A DNA stretch of 63,612 nucleotides, counting the filler, from Octopus bimaculoides (taxonomy: Eukaryota): assembly GCF_001194135.2 (NCBI RefSeq). It is 6 parts of 5 records of this genome, joined end to end, with 100 filler letters (N's around TTAATTAATTAA, not from the genome) between each part and the next. Parts side by side here need not be neighbours in the genome. Positions count along the whole stretch, not along the records: positions 1 to 22,174 come from NC_068989.1; 5 more parts are not named here. One strand, written 5' to 3'. Within the stretch, counting starts at the first letter, position 1; each line of letters starts with the position of its first letter. The position numbers and the translations under genes are program-made. Positions 1-12,469 of the stretch are shown here, piece by piece. Under the pieces are notes generated by a model. That model had not been told where the DNA came from, ran no database searches, and saw only the letters and a program-made list of their open reading frames with translations.

Positions 1-95
1 TGCTCAAGAACACAACACGTAGCCCGGTCAGGGATTCGAACTCACAACCCCACGATCGTAAGCTCGATGCTCTAATCACTGAGCCAGCGGTCGCC
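1..95 (-). mobile_element. tRNA-derived SINE head (family C)
   Basis: Reverse complement reads ggctcagtgattagagc...ggttgtgagttcgaatccc...gtgttgtgttcttgagca, with A/B-box-like motifs and the same body as copies at 15180, 17500 and 25682. Confidence 0.75.
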
Positions 96-181
96 CATGC
101 ATACCAGCCTCCCCTCTCCACGCCACCTATATAATCCAAGGGAAAGGCAAAGGCCGATACAGCTTGGCACCAGTGACGTCA

Positions 182-279
<98 letters not shown>

Positions 280-280
<1 letters not shown>

Positions 281-430
281 GACGATATATATACTACAAC
301 TCGATCTACAGATTGATGTCCGCAAAGCAATTGTCACATTTTCCTCTCTTGTTGATAACGAGAAAGTTACTACCCTAGATTCCGAACTCCTTCAAGAAGT
401 AAAGAACTTAGTCTGTCTCGGGAGTCCTCC
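280..430 (+). pseudogene. Possible RTE-type LINE RT fragment
   Basis: Translates ...DSELLQEVKNLVCLGS, resembling the EEVxxFKYLGS motif of RTE reverse transcriptases; short and degenerate. Confidence 0.35.
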
Positions 431-599
431 ATTCTGCCATCCGATCGAATACCTGAGAAAATTTCTCACCACATCAACCAATCCTGCTTAACCTTCACAC
501 GACTCTACTATTGCCATGGAATCCATGTGATATATATCTACGAAACAAGCTCCGTGTATATCTGAAGCTTATAAGCTAGCTGCACCTTCATGTCCGTGA

Positions 600-1660
600 A
601 ACGTGATTCCCTCATAGTCACAGAATTTCGCCGCATAGAGGCGTTGTTTAATGGTGTTTCAGACGCATGCTTAAAATTATATTGCTGAACACAGTGACAA
701 CCCTACAGGTTCATTGCCGGGTGAAACATCAAACTTATTGCTCAAGTAATCCGTAGTGTCGTTTCAAATGATTCGACCACATCTGCCATCGATTAGCTCG
801 AATTACCAGTGAAATTAAGGCGGCGAGCACGCCGGGCAAAATGCTTAGCGGCATTTCGTCTGTCTAAGTTCAAATTCCGCCAAGGTCGGAACTTTGCCTG
901 TCATCTTTCAGGGGTCGATAAAATAAGTACCAGTTGAGCACTGAGATCGATGTAATCGACATACCTCTCTCCCGAAATTCAGGGCTTTGTGCCAAAATTT
1001 GAAATATAAAATTACCAGTGAAACTGCCAGTGATGGTACAGAGACTGCTACTAATTATGAAGGAGGAAGTGAAGAAAATTATTACTTATGAGGGCTTTAC
1101 ACCTGCTTATTAATTTTGATTAAATTGAGATTTTCCGGAACGGCGTACCTGCAAGGACTTTATTTCTAGTAATGAAAACTCAGTTCTAGACATTAAAGCG
1201 TCCAAAAATCATCCGACGGTTCTTGGGGCAAGAGATGCTGCTGGTGATATGAAATTAGAGCTCCTACTCGTGTATCACTCTCAAATTCCTTGGGCTTGGA
1301 TGACTATGAGTTTTTCTCAAGACTGGTTTATAAATATTTTTATCCTGATGTAGAAAATTACAGTGTCAGTTGTAATATTTCCAATAAAGCATTGCTCCTT
1401 TTAGACAATGCACAAGGCTGCCCAGTGAAATTAAAGTGTAATATATCCCGGAAGACACTTCTTTGACCTAGCCGACGGATCACGATGTAATGACTAGCTT
1501 CATAGCATATTATCATAGAACTTTGAAACAACTCAAGAAAATAATTGATAGGAAGGATAAACCTGGAGGTAAGACTTCTACAAAAGTTTATCATTGTAGA
1601 TGCAGCGGATAAAAAATGCTGAGTCAAGGGTTGGAGCGAAATCCTGAATTATGAATAGCG
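600..1660 (+). mobile_element. Degenerate Tigger/pogo transposase (DDE_1), interrupted by a SINE
   Basis: Fragments RFK*FDHICHRLARITSETASDGTETA, PARTFISSNENSVLDIKASKNHPTVLGARDAAGDMKLELLLVYHSQ and NKALLLLDNAQGCP match Tigger-type motifs (RTYISKEE...FKAAKDRLT...LKPLLVYHSENP...KALLLLDNAPGHP); stops and frameshifts present. Confidence 0.8.
815..1009 (+). mobile_element. SINE family A with 14-bp TSD
   Basis: ggcggcgagc...gttcaaattcc...ggggtcgataaaataagtaccagt...; direct repeat aattaccagtgaaa at 801-814 and 1010-1023. Confidence 0.9.
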
Positions 1661-2984
1661 TTAAGATGCGATGTTTGACTTGCTAGGGTGCCTCAGAGAA
1701 AGTTAATCTAATAAGGAGCCGATAATGTTTAAACAAGAAGAAAACTGCAAGGCAGGAAGAGCAAGTAGAAGCTCATCCATTCCATTTGAAATGAGAGCAA
1801 AGTATATAATTAAATCGAAGCCACTAGAAGCCTTTGTTGATCGGCCCTAATTGTGAAAGCAATATGATGTAATATAACATAATGTAATATAATGTAATAT
1901 AGCATAATATAATAAGCAGTTCCTATACTGAATGATTCAAAGGGATACTGCACTGTAAAGCTTTGGATAAGCTCCTCACTCTTAATTCAGAAGCTGTTAA
2001 CAAGTATGATCTACAAGGAAGAGGATAATGCCTCTCTTCCTCTCTGTAAATCTCAATGCACTACCATCTGTTCTACAGCAGTGAGTATCATTTCGGTGAG
2101 TACCTTCTGTAGTACAATATTACTGTTTTTTATTTATATATTTATTCCTAAATGTGTTTCTCTTTAAATGGTTTTATGTACATAAACTGAACTGCATGTA
2201 CCGTGTATTTATGATACAGGTTTTAGTGTGTGCATATGTGTGCTTGTGGCAGGGTACTGTAAGTGTTTTATTTTCATGCTAATATAGTTCACTTTTGGTT
2301 TTCTCTTTCTTAGAAAAAATTACATCGAAACGCATCTCAATATAAAACAATGAAATCAATTACTGGGTTTAGACTTTGCGCTACACCAATGGTTTTCAAT
2401 AATGCAGAATACCCTATGGAAGAGTTATTTCTACATATATCTCTCTTTCATGTTATAACTGAGATTATGTCTTCTATTTTGTTTACAAACGATTAATTTA
2501 ATCAATTTTGAATTTCGTATTGAGTATTTGTGAGAGAAAACCTCTGTGTGGAAGTGAACTGAGATGAGATAGTAGATGCGATAGTGGACATAGAAATGTA
2601 TGTCTGTTATCTACATAGATAAAAATAATGATATTAGTTGCTGACTAATATTATGCTTCTTTTCTCACATATGTTAAGGATCTCAAGCGGAAGTATAATC
2701 TCGTTGTATATACCGCACTTAAATAACTATAGAGTAAAAGATACATTTCGGTGTGTGTATCACTCCCCACCCACACAAATATATACACATATATGCATAC
2801 ATAAATTCATTTATTATGCTTGTACGTACATACATAATACATACGTACATATGCATGTATGGATGAACATATGTATGCTCGCTTCTGTTTTTAATTATTC
2901 GAAGTCTTTCTGTATGGAAGGATCGGGTTTCTAACAAAGGTACAAAGCTCTATCGTTAGAATATAGTTAACAAAAACAAATCAG

Positions 2985-3185
2985 ACATGAAACTTAAGAA
3001 ACGTCTTACATATTTTTACTGTTCCGCTTACAGAATATATTTGGAGAGTACTTGCTAGCTGATTGATTTCTTTATCTGGACATCCTAATTTTTTCAGATT
3101 GCTACCGAGTGCACCAATTATTATTAGTATAAATGTGAATTTATAAAGTGGATATAGAAGCTGAAGATTTCGAATAGTTTTTCGT
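2985..3185 (-). mobile_element. 3' end of R4/Dong-like RLE non-LTR retrotransposon
   Basis: IRNLQLLYPLYKFTFILIIIGALG...TLQIYSVSGTVKICKTFLKF resembles the C-terminal (IPIVIGALG...TARILRKVL) motif of RLE-clade elements. Confidence 0.65.
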
Positions 3186-3569
3186 ATGTATGTATGTATG
3201 TATGTATGAATGTATGTATGTATGTATGTGAGTGTGAGTGTATGTGTATGTGTGTGTGCATGTATGTATGTATGTATGTATGTATGAATGTATGTATGTA
3301 TGCAAGCATGCATGTATGTATGTATATATGTATCTATGTATGTGAGTGTGTGTATATGTATGTGTGCATGTGTGTATGTATGTATGTATGTATGTATGTA
3401 TATATGTATGTAATAAATGGAGGTCAATTAAAATTTTCAACAAAATCATTGAGACTCCCCAAGAGAAAGCTTACTGAAGATTATACTTGCCCAGAATGCT
3501 TCCGAATAGGAACGAGTCCGGGACATCTTGATTGTGAAACGAGCTTCTTAAACATTCAGCTATACTACA

Positions 3570-3659
<90 letters not shown>

Positions 3660-3682
3660 GTCATATATATATATATATATAN
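3185..3682. repeat. (TATG)n and (TCTA)n microsatellites
   Basis: Direct inspection. Confidence 0.95.
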
Positions 3683-4228
3683 NNNNNNNNNNNNNNNNNN
3701 NNNNNNNNNNNNNNNNNNNNNNNNNNNNNNNNNNNNNNNNNNNNNNNNNNNNNNNNNNNNNNNNNNNNNNNNNNNNNNNNNNNNNNNNNNNNNNNNNNNN
3801 NNNNNNNNNNNNNNNNNNNNNNNNNNNNNNNNNNNNNNNNNNNNNNNNNNNNNNNNNNNNNNNNNNNNNNNNNNNNNNNNNNNNNNNNNNNNNNNNNNNN
3901 NNNNNNNNNNNNNNNNNNNNNNNNNNNNNNNNNNNNNNNNNNNNNNNNNNNNNNNNNNNNNNNNNNNNNNNNNNNNNNNNNNNNNNNNNNNNNNNNNNNN
4001 NNNNNNNNNNNNNNNNNNNNNNNNNNNNNNNNNNNNNNNNNNNNNNNNNNNNNNNNNNNNNNNNNNNNNNNNNNNNNNNNNNNNNNNNNNNNNNNNNNNN
4101 NNNNNNNNNNNNNNNNNNNNNNNNNNNNNNNNNNNNNNNNNGCAGACAGATCGAATATTTTAGTACGGAAATGATCTTATCATAGATGAGTGATATCAGC
4201 TGAACGAAAATAGATGGAAAAACCAACA

Positions 4229-4232
4229 GGGT

Positions 4233-4291
<59 letters not shown>
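4229..4291. repeat. (AAT)n microsatellite
   Basis: Direct inspection. Confidence 0.95.
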
Positions 4292-4293
<2 letters not shown>

Positions 4294-4573
4294 TCGTTTT
4301 TGTCTTTGCTTTGTAAGATTCTTTATGTGAAATCGTGTATTGAATAGATGCTGCTGTATCTCGGGAATGTTATTTTGCCAATAAAACTACACATGTTGGT
4401 TCTATTTCAGTTCTTTTTTTTTTTGTTAGTCAATTTTATATATAATCAACCAATTAATTCATCGATTGCTTGTTTGGTCAATCAATAGTCTGCTGGTTTG
4501 GTCTTTCATCGCCATTCACTATCTCATTAATGACACGTCCTCATTCTAGATCAGTCACATTGTATCCAATAAT

Positions 4574-4640
4574 AATGATGATGATGACGATGATGATGAT
4601 GATGACGATGGTGATGATGATGATGATGATGATGATGATG
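4574..4640. repeat. (GAT)n microsatellite
   Basis: Direct inspection; explains the poly-Met ORF. Confidence 0.95.
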
Positions 4641-5044
4641 TTTTTTATTGCCACAAATACGAAGAGTGAGAGAACGTTAAGGGAACAGGTTACAAAACCT
4701 ATGAAAGATTTACTCGGAAATCAGATGACTGGAGAAATATTTGATGGTTTAGAGTTCCTAGTACGAACAATAAACACAGTTTCATCGAAAAAGAAAAAGA
4801 TAACTTAAACAATTAAAATACTACATAATTGTGATAATGAATTATGGAAGAATGAAAGCACATTCTTTTTCTGCTTTTGATGCGCAGAAACAAAAATGTA
4901 GAAGTCTCTTGACGGAGCGTTTCACAATTTGTTGATCGTTCTTCAGAGAAGATGTATACAGTATCTTTCTCCAACCGCTAGTATAGTGTATTAAACTTAT
5001 ATATACATACATACATATGTATATATATATATATATATATTCAG

Positions 5045-5150
5045 AATGTGATAAAAATCCAAGGCTGTGAAAGATTTCAGAACATTTATAAATAGAAGGT
5101 CTTACAGCTGTTTCCGGGATATTTTATATATCCTTTCATCGGAGAGGGTG
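5045..5150 (-). mobile_element. Penelope-like terminal segment with degenerate hammerhead motif
   Basis: Minus strand tct-CCGATGA-aa-ggatat(ataaa)atatcc-cg-GAAAC-agct-GTA-aga. Confidence 0.55.
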
Positions 5151-6385
5151 TGAGGAAATGGTTAAGCAATAGTTATTCTAGATAAGATATGAATATTGTT
5201 GTAGAGTAGTGAACCTAATAATATACAGAGAAGAATAAGCCATAAAATTTGCTTCCTTTGATATACTGAGTTCTTCGCTTTATCTTTCCGGGATGAGTCA
5301 TGTACCGACCAGTGTTAAAACCAAAATATTTCACATCTATTTTACAGACTTCTCTATTCTTAAAGGACTGACTGAAGTTTTTAGTAGTGGTCGTAGGATT
5401 GACAGATCGAAGATTGAATCGGTCCTAGACTCAATTCTCGAGCAAACATGACCGAGTAGTTAAAAAGTTTGCTTCTAAATCAAACTGTTCCGGGTCCCAT
5501 TCTACTGCACGGTACATTTGGCAAATTACTTCTACTATGACATCTACTCAATCTAAATTGTGATGGAAATCGGGTTGATGGAAACTAAACAGAAGCTGTT
5601 GTATGGCCTATAATTGGTATGTCGGAGTTCCCCTCTCTTCCCAGTAAAACTCCCAAAGGACACTGGTACAGCCTTTCCTCTACTAACTAAATCATTAAAA
5701 AAATGAAATCCAGTCGGAAGAGGTTGGTAATGCATCATTTGAGTCTTGGGTAGCTATCGATGTTGCAGTTAGCTTCTAGGTATTTTTTTTTATTTCCGTA
5801 TAATATACATTTTATGGAATCTTCAAAATTAATATGTGCTCAACTTGGGATGTACAGACCCCGGTGATCCACGAAGGTAATACTGGTGGTCTGTGAGCTA
5901 AGTTCAGAATTTGTCGAATTGAGAAGCCTTTCAAAAGCTTGGGGGTCTGCAGGAAAATTTAATTAAAATTAAAGGTGTCCTTCGTACTAAAAGGTTGGGA
6001 CTACTTACTGTGACCTCGCATTATAACTGGTCTATTAGATCAAGGCCGACTTGTGTTTAAACAATAACAAAAGCAACACGCCAGTGCCAAAACAATTTGG
6101 ATTATCCGTGTCTTCATTCTCGACATTAAAGTTTAGGTGCATTTTGGTTTCGCTTTCTGTATTCTTTACTTCTTGTTTAAGTCATACTGGAACACAACGC
6201 TGAGTGGGTTAGCCGAACGAATCGAACCCAGTACTGATATAATTTGTTTTTTTAAACTCTGGTACTTATGTGTTGCCGAACTGCCAGGTTACGGAGAAGT
6301 AAACGCACCAACATTGGTTGTCAAGCAGTGGGTGGGAAACAAACACAGAAACACACACACACGCACAGACACAGACACAGACACA

Positions 6386-6429
<44 letters not shown>

Positions 6430-6809
6430 NNNNNNNNNNNNNNNNNNNNNNNNNNNNNNNNNNNNNNNNNNNNNNNNNNNNNNNNNNNNNNNNNNNNNNN
6501 NNNNNNNNNNNNNNNNNNNNNNNNNNNNNNNNNNNNNNNNNNNNNNNNNNNNNNNNNNNNNNNNNNNNNNNNNNNNNNNNNNNNNNNNNNNNNNNNNNNN
6601 NNNNNNNNNNNNNNNNNNNNNNNNNNNNNNNNNNNNNNNNNNNNNNNNNNNNNNNNNNNNNNNNNNNNNNNNNNNNNNNNNNNNNNNNNNNNNNNNNNNN
6701 NNNNNNNNNNNNNNNNNNNNNNNNNNNNNNNNNNNNNNNNNNNNNNNNNNNNNNNNNNNNNNNNNNNNNNNNNNNNNNNNNNNNNNNNNNNNNNNNNNNN
6801 NNNNNNNNT

Positions 6810-7110
6810 GAAATTAATGTGCAAGTGGCAGAGCACGCCACAGACACGTGTACCCTTAACGTAGTCCTCGAGGATATTCAGTGTGACACAGTGTGACAAG
6901 GTGGCCCTTTTGAATTACAGGCACAACAGAAACAGGAAGTATGAGTGAGAGAAAGTTGTGGTGAAAGAGTTCAGCAGGGTTCGCCACCATTCCCTGCCGG
7001 AGCCTCGTGGAGCTTTAAGTGTTTTCGCTCAATAAACACTCACAACGAAACCGCGATTCTATGACCACGAGTCCGCTGCCTTAACCACTGGACCATTGCG
7101 CCTCCACTGC
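6810..7110 (-). mobile_element. SINE family C, near full length
   Basis: Head gtggaggcgcaatggtccagtggttaaggcagcgg; body ccttgtcacactgtgtcac...gggtacacgtgtctgtgg shared with 15180-15425. Confidence 0.85.
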
Positions 7111-7609
7111 CTCTATATACAAAAATGTTAAAGGTCAATTGTCACTTCTGCTGAGCAATAAGCGTTGTTGTAGTTAGAAGGATGTTAGAGAGTGGCTTCA
7201 GTTTTAGTTCACTTTTAGAAACCAGGAGTTGATTTCTGTTTCTGTTGGATCATAAACATGAAGAATTCACTTCTTATAGTGTCTGATAAAGATTTTAGAG
7301 TTTCACAGTTCAGCCTTGCTTGTTTACTAATTAGTTCGACTAAGGTAAGTAAATTTAAACACTTTGGTTTCGAAAACAGAATAATACAATGCTGATAATG
7401 GTTCCACATACTCAGCGGGTGATAACCTAATCCATTCGTGCTGTGTGTGCATGTGTGTGCATGTGTATGCATGTGTGTGCACGCGCGCGTGCGTGTATGT
7501 TTGTGAGCGTGTATGTTTGTGTAAACCGTAGAGGATAGCATAACAACAAAGCAAAATTATGTACATACATAAATACATATATGCATACACACACACACAC
7601 ACACACACA

Positions 7610-7985
7610 TAGTCTTTAATCTTTTACTTTCATCAGTCATTTGACTGCAGTCATGCTGGAGCGCCACCTTTAGTCGAAAAAACCGACCCCAGGACTTCTT
7701 TGTAAACCTAGTACTTATTCTATCGGTCCTTTTTGCCGAAAGGGGACGTAAACACACCAACATTGATTGTCAAGCGATGGTGGGGGAACAAACATAGACA
7801 CGCAAACACATACATATACACGACGGGCTTCTTTCAGTTTCCGTCTACCAAAACCACTCACAAAGCTTTGGTCGGCCCGAGGATATAGTAGAAGACACTT
7901 GCCCAAGGTGCCACGCAGTGGGACTGAACCCAGAACCATAAGGTTGGGAAACAGGCTTCTTACCACACACCCACTCCTGCGCCTA
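7610..7985 (-). mobile_element. SINE family B (CORE-like), full length
   Basis: Head ggcgcaggagtgggtgtgtggtaagaag...gggttcagtcccactgcgtggcaccttgggcaagtgtcttctac; same family at 5445-5545, 6230-6360, 14405-14490, 19110-19398, 29835-29995. Confidence 0.85.
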
Positions 7986-8000
7986 AATATATACTTTCAC

Positions 8001-8037
<37 letters not shown>

Positions 8038-8056
8038 CGTGTGTGTGTGTGTGTAC

Positions 8057-8088
<32 letters not shown>

Positions 8089-8728
8089 GTGTGCGTGTGT
8101 GTGTGTATACACACACATACACACATATATATGTATATACATATACACACACAACCATATATTTAAACGTAGTATTCTTAGTAAATGTCAGCTTAAAGGA
8201 TTACCAATTCAACAACCATGACTTTTTAATAAATTGATTAACAGTTGTGATGACTTCACGTTACTCTGTCGTAGCTGGCTACGCAAATAAATGACGACCA
8301 GGCACGCAATTCTTGAATAAACAGTCGCCACAAGACAGGCATGATACCTGCAGCTTACAGATGTCAGCTGGCCGCTGGTCGTTTAAAGAAAACAGACGCT
8401 AAAGCATGTCACTCGCTTTGATTGGTGGTATCCATTGCAAGTACGACGATGATATATTAGATATAAAATTATAAATACCTATTTGTTTTGTTTAACCAAA
8501 GAAACGTTATGTGGTCGCCCGACCTGTTAAAAATAACAACCAGAACTTCCTAAAATCGTACCGCACTATCTTGAAAAGAAACAAAAAGAGCGTGTGCGGT
8601 TGTGGGTGCTTATTCTATAACGTAGGTCTAGATACGAAGTGTTCGATAGAAGCCCGTGGTGGTCATGGTTGGGGAAATTTTAGTCATAGATCTGGTCAAT
8701 CAGGAATGCCCTAGGGTTTTACGATAAC

Positions 8729-8820
<92 letters not shown>

Positions 8821-9009
8821 CAAAAAATGAAACAAGTACGTAACAGGCGGCAACAAAACATCCGGACAGTTAGACGATACAAAAAAGGACAGGAAAAAAA
8901 CAAGGACGGGTCATTCGGAGCTTCCTATCCTCATTCGAGTTCCAGATCATCCTATACTAGCCGAAACCTATCAAAGTTATACATATGCATGTATACCATT
9001 TGATGTACA

Positions 9010-9560
9010 CAGTATAAAGATACGAGCTACTCACAGTGTCTTGCTATGGAGACGCGGATTTTTGCTTTGGAGACATGCCCTTTGTCTCCAAGCAATGTGC
9101 ACACATATGGAACAGAACTGCCTGCTCTGCCCTATTAAAGTAGTATGGCGGGAATATCTCCACGATTGACTTAGCCGATAGCCAGATCCATCCTACATGA
9201 GGCAACAACTGTCTTACTTAATTCCACAGGACGTCAGTAGTGTTCAGACACTGAGCAAGTACGTGCAGAACGGATTCGTCGTTCCGTACGCATCTCGAAC
9301 AGACCCGATCGACAGCACTTTCGTCTCTGTGGAGTTTGTGTCCTGTCAATGATGCCCTTTGGTAACACTGCCAGACTAAAGATTCTGAAAGTTATCTATG
9401 ATAGTCACCGGTCTTTAAGTCCTCCAGATCTGCAAAACTAATTCATTCTCATCGATGCCCAGAGTTTCTCCGAGAACGTAGTCACTCTCGATGCTGGTTA
9501 AAGCGATCTTCTAGCGACCCCACAGTCCGATTTGTATGAGGCTGTGTGCATTTGACGTGA
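9010..9560 (-). mobile_element. L1/Tx1-clade ORF2 C-terminal relic (zf-RVT region)
   Basis: Minus translation ESDYVLGETLGIDENELVLQIWRT, SLVWQCYQRASLTGHKLHRDESAVDRVCSRCVRNDESVLHVLAQCLNT: the CxxC...H...C zinc finger typical of L1/Tx1 ORF2. Confidence 0.75.
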
Positions 9561-9589
9561 ATAATTTAAAGTTTTAAGCAAAGGGAGAA

Positions 9590-9850
9590 TCAACCGGATG
9601 CAAACAAATATTTAGTTGTAGCTTAGGATGACTTTTACTATCAAGAAAAGTACTGTGATGACGATAAAGCGAAGGAAAATCATAGGAAGTACTCGAGACG
9701 ATTTGGCAAATGAAGAGATCATAAGATCCTTAGATATAGAAGAAGCATTATATCTTAGGATACTGGAAAATTATAAGATTAAAAGTATAGAAATGACAAA
9801 AGCCCTCAGCAAAGGTTATTCTCATAGAATTAAGAAAACAATTTAATCTT
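9590..9850 (+). mobile_element. R4/Dong-like RT fragment
   Basis: QIFSCSLGMTFTIKKSTVMTIKRRKII...LANEEIIRSLDIEEALYLRILE matches the pattern (IFSxDIGMEFGIEKCAVLxIKRGK...IKSLxEEESYKYLGILE). Confidence 0.7.
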
Positions 9851-9889
9851 ACTTGAATCATTGCACAAGTTATCAATAATTGTTTTTAA

Positions 9890-10075
9890 TTTAGGTACAA
9901 GGCCAGTAATAGGAGATAGTCAATGCCATCGACTCCATTACTTAACAGGTAATTTACACTACCGACCCCGAAAAGCTGAAGGGTAAAGCTGACCTTAGCG
10001 GGATTTGAACTCAGACCGTAAAGCGTTGGAATAAATACTGCAAGCCATTTCATCCAATGTTCTAACGATTCTGCG
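9890..10075 (-). mobile_element. SINE family A
   Basis: taccgaccccgaaaagctgaagggtaaagctgacc...ggatttgaactcaga is the reverse complement of the family A core. Confidence 0.8.
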
Positions 10076-10180
10076 ATGACTACAACAATTATCCAATCAA
10101 CATACGAAAACGTAAGAAATATGTTTCGAGAAGAACATGCAACAGAATTAATTCTCCATATTATTATTGGAACTTTCTAG

Positions 10181-10395
10181 GGCGACGACCTGGTAGAATC
10201 GTTAGCGTGTCGGATAAAATGCTTGACGGCATTTCTTCCGGCTCTTTATATTCTGAGTTCAAAATCCTCCACCAACAACTTCACCTTTCATTCTTTCAAG
10301 GAGTAGATAATTTAAAGTACCAGTGAAATACTAGGGCCAATGTAATCGACTGACCCCTCTCTCTAAAATTGGTGGGTTTGAGACGAGATTAGAAA
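10181..10395 (+). mobile_element. SINE family A
   Basis: ggcgacgacctggtagaatcgttagcg...gagttcaaaatcc...gtaccagt. Confidence 0.8.
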
Positions 10396-10599
10396 GAATT
10401 AGAACCCTCTTGTTAATGTAAAAACTATTGTTTCTTCCACTGTTGTAACAAAGACAGGAACCAACAACCACTGAGGGAACTTCTACGTGGTGACATGAAT
10501 TCCTAGAAATAACTGCTAAATATTCCTCAACTTTCTCAAATCTCATTCTACCGTCTGTAAAATATTGGATAAAATGATCTTAAATATTCAGTCTGAAAA

Positions 10600-10808
10600 G
10601 GCAGTGATATGGCAGAAACATTAGCACGCCGGGCGAAATGCTTAGCGGTATTTCGTCTGTCTTTACGTTCTGAGTTCCAATTCCACCGAGGTCGACTTTA
10701 CCTTTCATTCTTTCGGGGTCGATAAATTAAGCACCAGTCACGTACTGGGGTGGATGTAATTGATTGCCCGCCCCCACCAAATTCGGACCTTGTGCCTAGA
10801 GTAGAAAA
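10600..10808 (+). mobile_element. SINE family A with 18-bp TSD
   Basis: aaatattcagtctgaaaa at 10582-10599 and 10809-10826. Confidence 0.9.
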
Positions 10809-11439
10809 AAATATTCAGTCTGAAAAAACATATAAATAGATGTCAAGATGGTCATGACTAGAATGCCGTTTGCTCATAGACCAGCTTGACCAGTACTGAC
10901 CTGAGGCTAAACAACACAGATGCACTATCGGTAAATTATCACCATTTTCTTTCTGTTTGTGAGTCGGTGATATCCAGTAACAAGGAGAAAACAGAAGTTA
11001 CAATATTCAGGATTTTCTGTATCTATGGAACTGTGTCTGTGTTCAGGAACCAGCAAACCAGAGGCGTAGCCAGGTTTTGGCCGCCCTATACGCAGATGTA
11101 TAGCGAGGATTTTGACCCTATACTCCGAGGTGTAGCCGAGATCTAAAGTTAGGGGTAGCTAACACATAAAAGAAAAGGTACCGTGACACATACCTTTCTT
11201 TCATTGTTTTAAGGAGTAGATAAAATAAAGTATCATTCAAATACTAGGGGGTCAATGTAATCAAGATTTCTCCCTCTAAAACTGGTGGGTGTGAGTCGAA
11301 ATTGGAAAGAATTATTAGAACCCATTTCTCTTATATTAGGCGAAATATTTCATTAGTTATATGTAATTGTATTTTACATTCATTAATTTCATGTTTCAAT
11401 ACCAATGTCATTATGTTTGAAACAGCTATTGATATAGGT

Positions 11440-11928
11440 GTCACGTGAAAAAGATGAAACTCCATGGGATCGTCCAGTGCCGAGAGGTTATGACGTCACA
11501 GTTTCTATTGGTTCTTCTGTTGTCAGTGGCCACTAACACATCATAAGAGATTGAGCAGACAGTTCAAAAACACGGGAGGTTGGTCAAGTAAAGTAACGAC
11601 TCCACAAAGTTCTCCCAAGACCATGAGATTAACAGAAAAAAAAAATTCGTATTTTATCGCACAAGTAAAGAGTTAAAGGGTTGTTGAAAAGGCGCCAATT
11701 TTGAAAAATGTGCTCGCGAGGAACGGTCGCTCCCCTTACTCCCCTATTAATACACTACTGCCGATACAGCAGCCAAATTGGCCACCTTCTTTCTTGAAAG
11801 TAGCATACCTTCAACTTCAACAAACTCAGGCGTATAAAATGGCTGCTCTGTCAGGTCTGCGTACCCTATACATTCATATTACACCTATGAGGCAACAGCC
11901 ACCACTGTACTAAAACTTTATGGTATGT
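11440..11928 (+). promoter_or_regulatory. Candidate Pol II promoter and first exon
   Basis: E-box tcacgtga 11441-48, CRE tgacgtca 11491-98, inverted CCAAT 11507-11, YY1-like aaaatggctgc 11836-46, donor G|gtatgt at 11923; non-repetitive and CpG-retaining. Confidence 0.35.
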
Positions 11929-12469
11929 TTACTATTTCTTGGTACCCCCGCTTTTACTAAGACCCACTTTCTTTAGATTCTAGGAACTACATTAAAAAAA
12001 TACTGTTTTCGTTTTATATATTTGAGAAAAATGATAAATTTGATGTTCTGTCTGTCGAAGTAATTTATTTAAAATGTTTAAAATATATTTTAGCAATCGG
12101 TACAGAGTATGAACACAAACTTTCTACCGTTAAAATATTTCGTTCAAGTTATTGATCTAAGTACGTATATGTTAAAAAACAAACAAGCTAAGAGAAAAAA
12201 ACCCAACTCCCCACCGCCAACACAAAAACCCCACAAAAATTCATATAGATTCATATAGACGCTTTTGGTATTCGACTGCGAAACATATTTTCAGATATGG
12301 CTCATAATCGTCAGCTATAGTTATTATCTTTTCTATTTAATGATCAAAATAAAACGAGGAAGAAGTTTCTGGAAATTCTTAGATGAGAAGACTGATCACG
12401 AAGAATACACATGTGTTTTATTTTCTTTCATTCCTGTGATCTGCCGTGACAGTTGAGCCCTCCCTTTAC

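Noticed and set aside
8890-8945. Penelope-like tail with a hammerhead-like motif on the minus strand
   Set aside because: Core reads AUGAGGA/GAAU and stem I cannot pair, so it cannot be called a ribozyme
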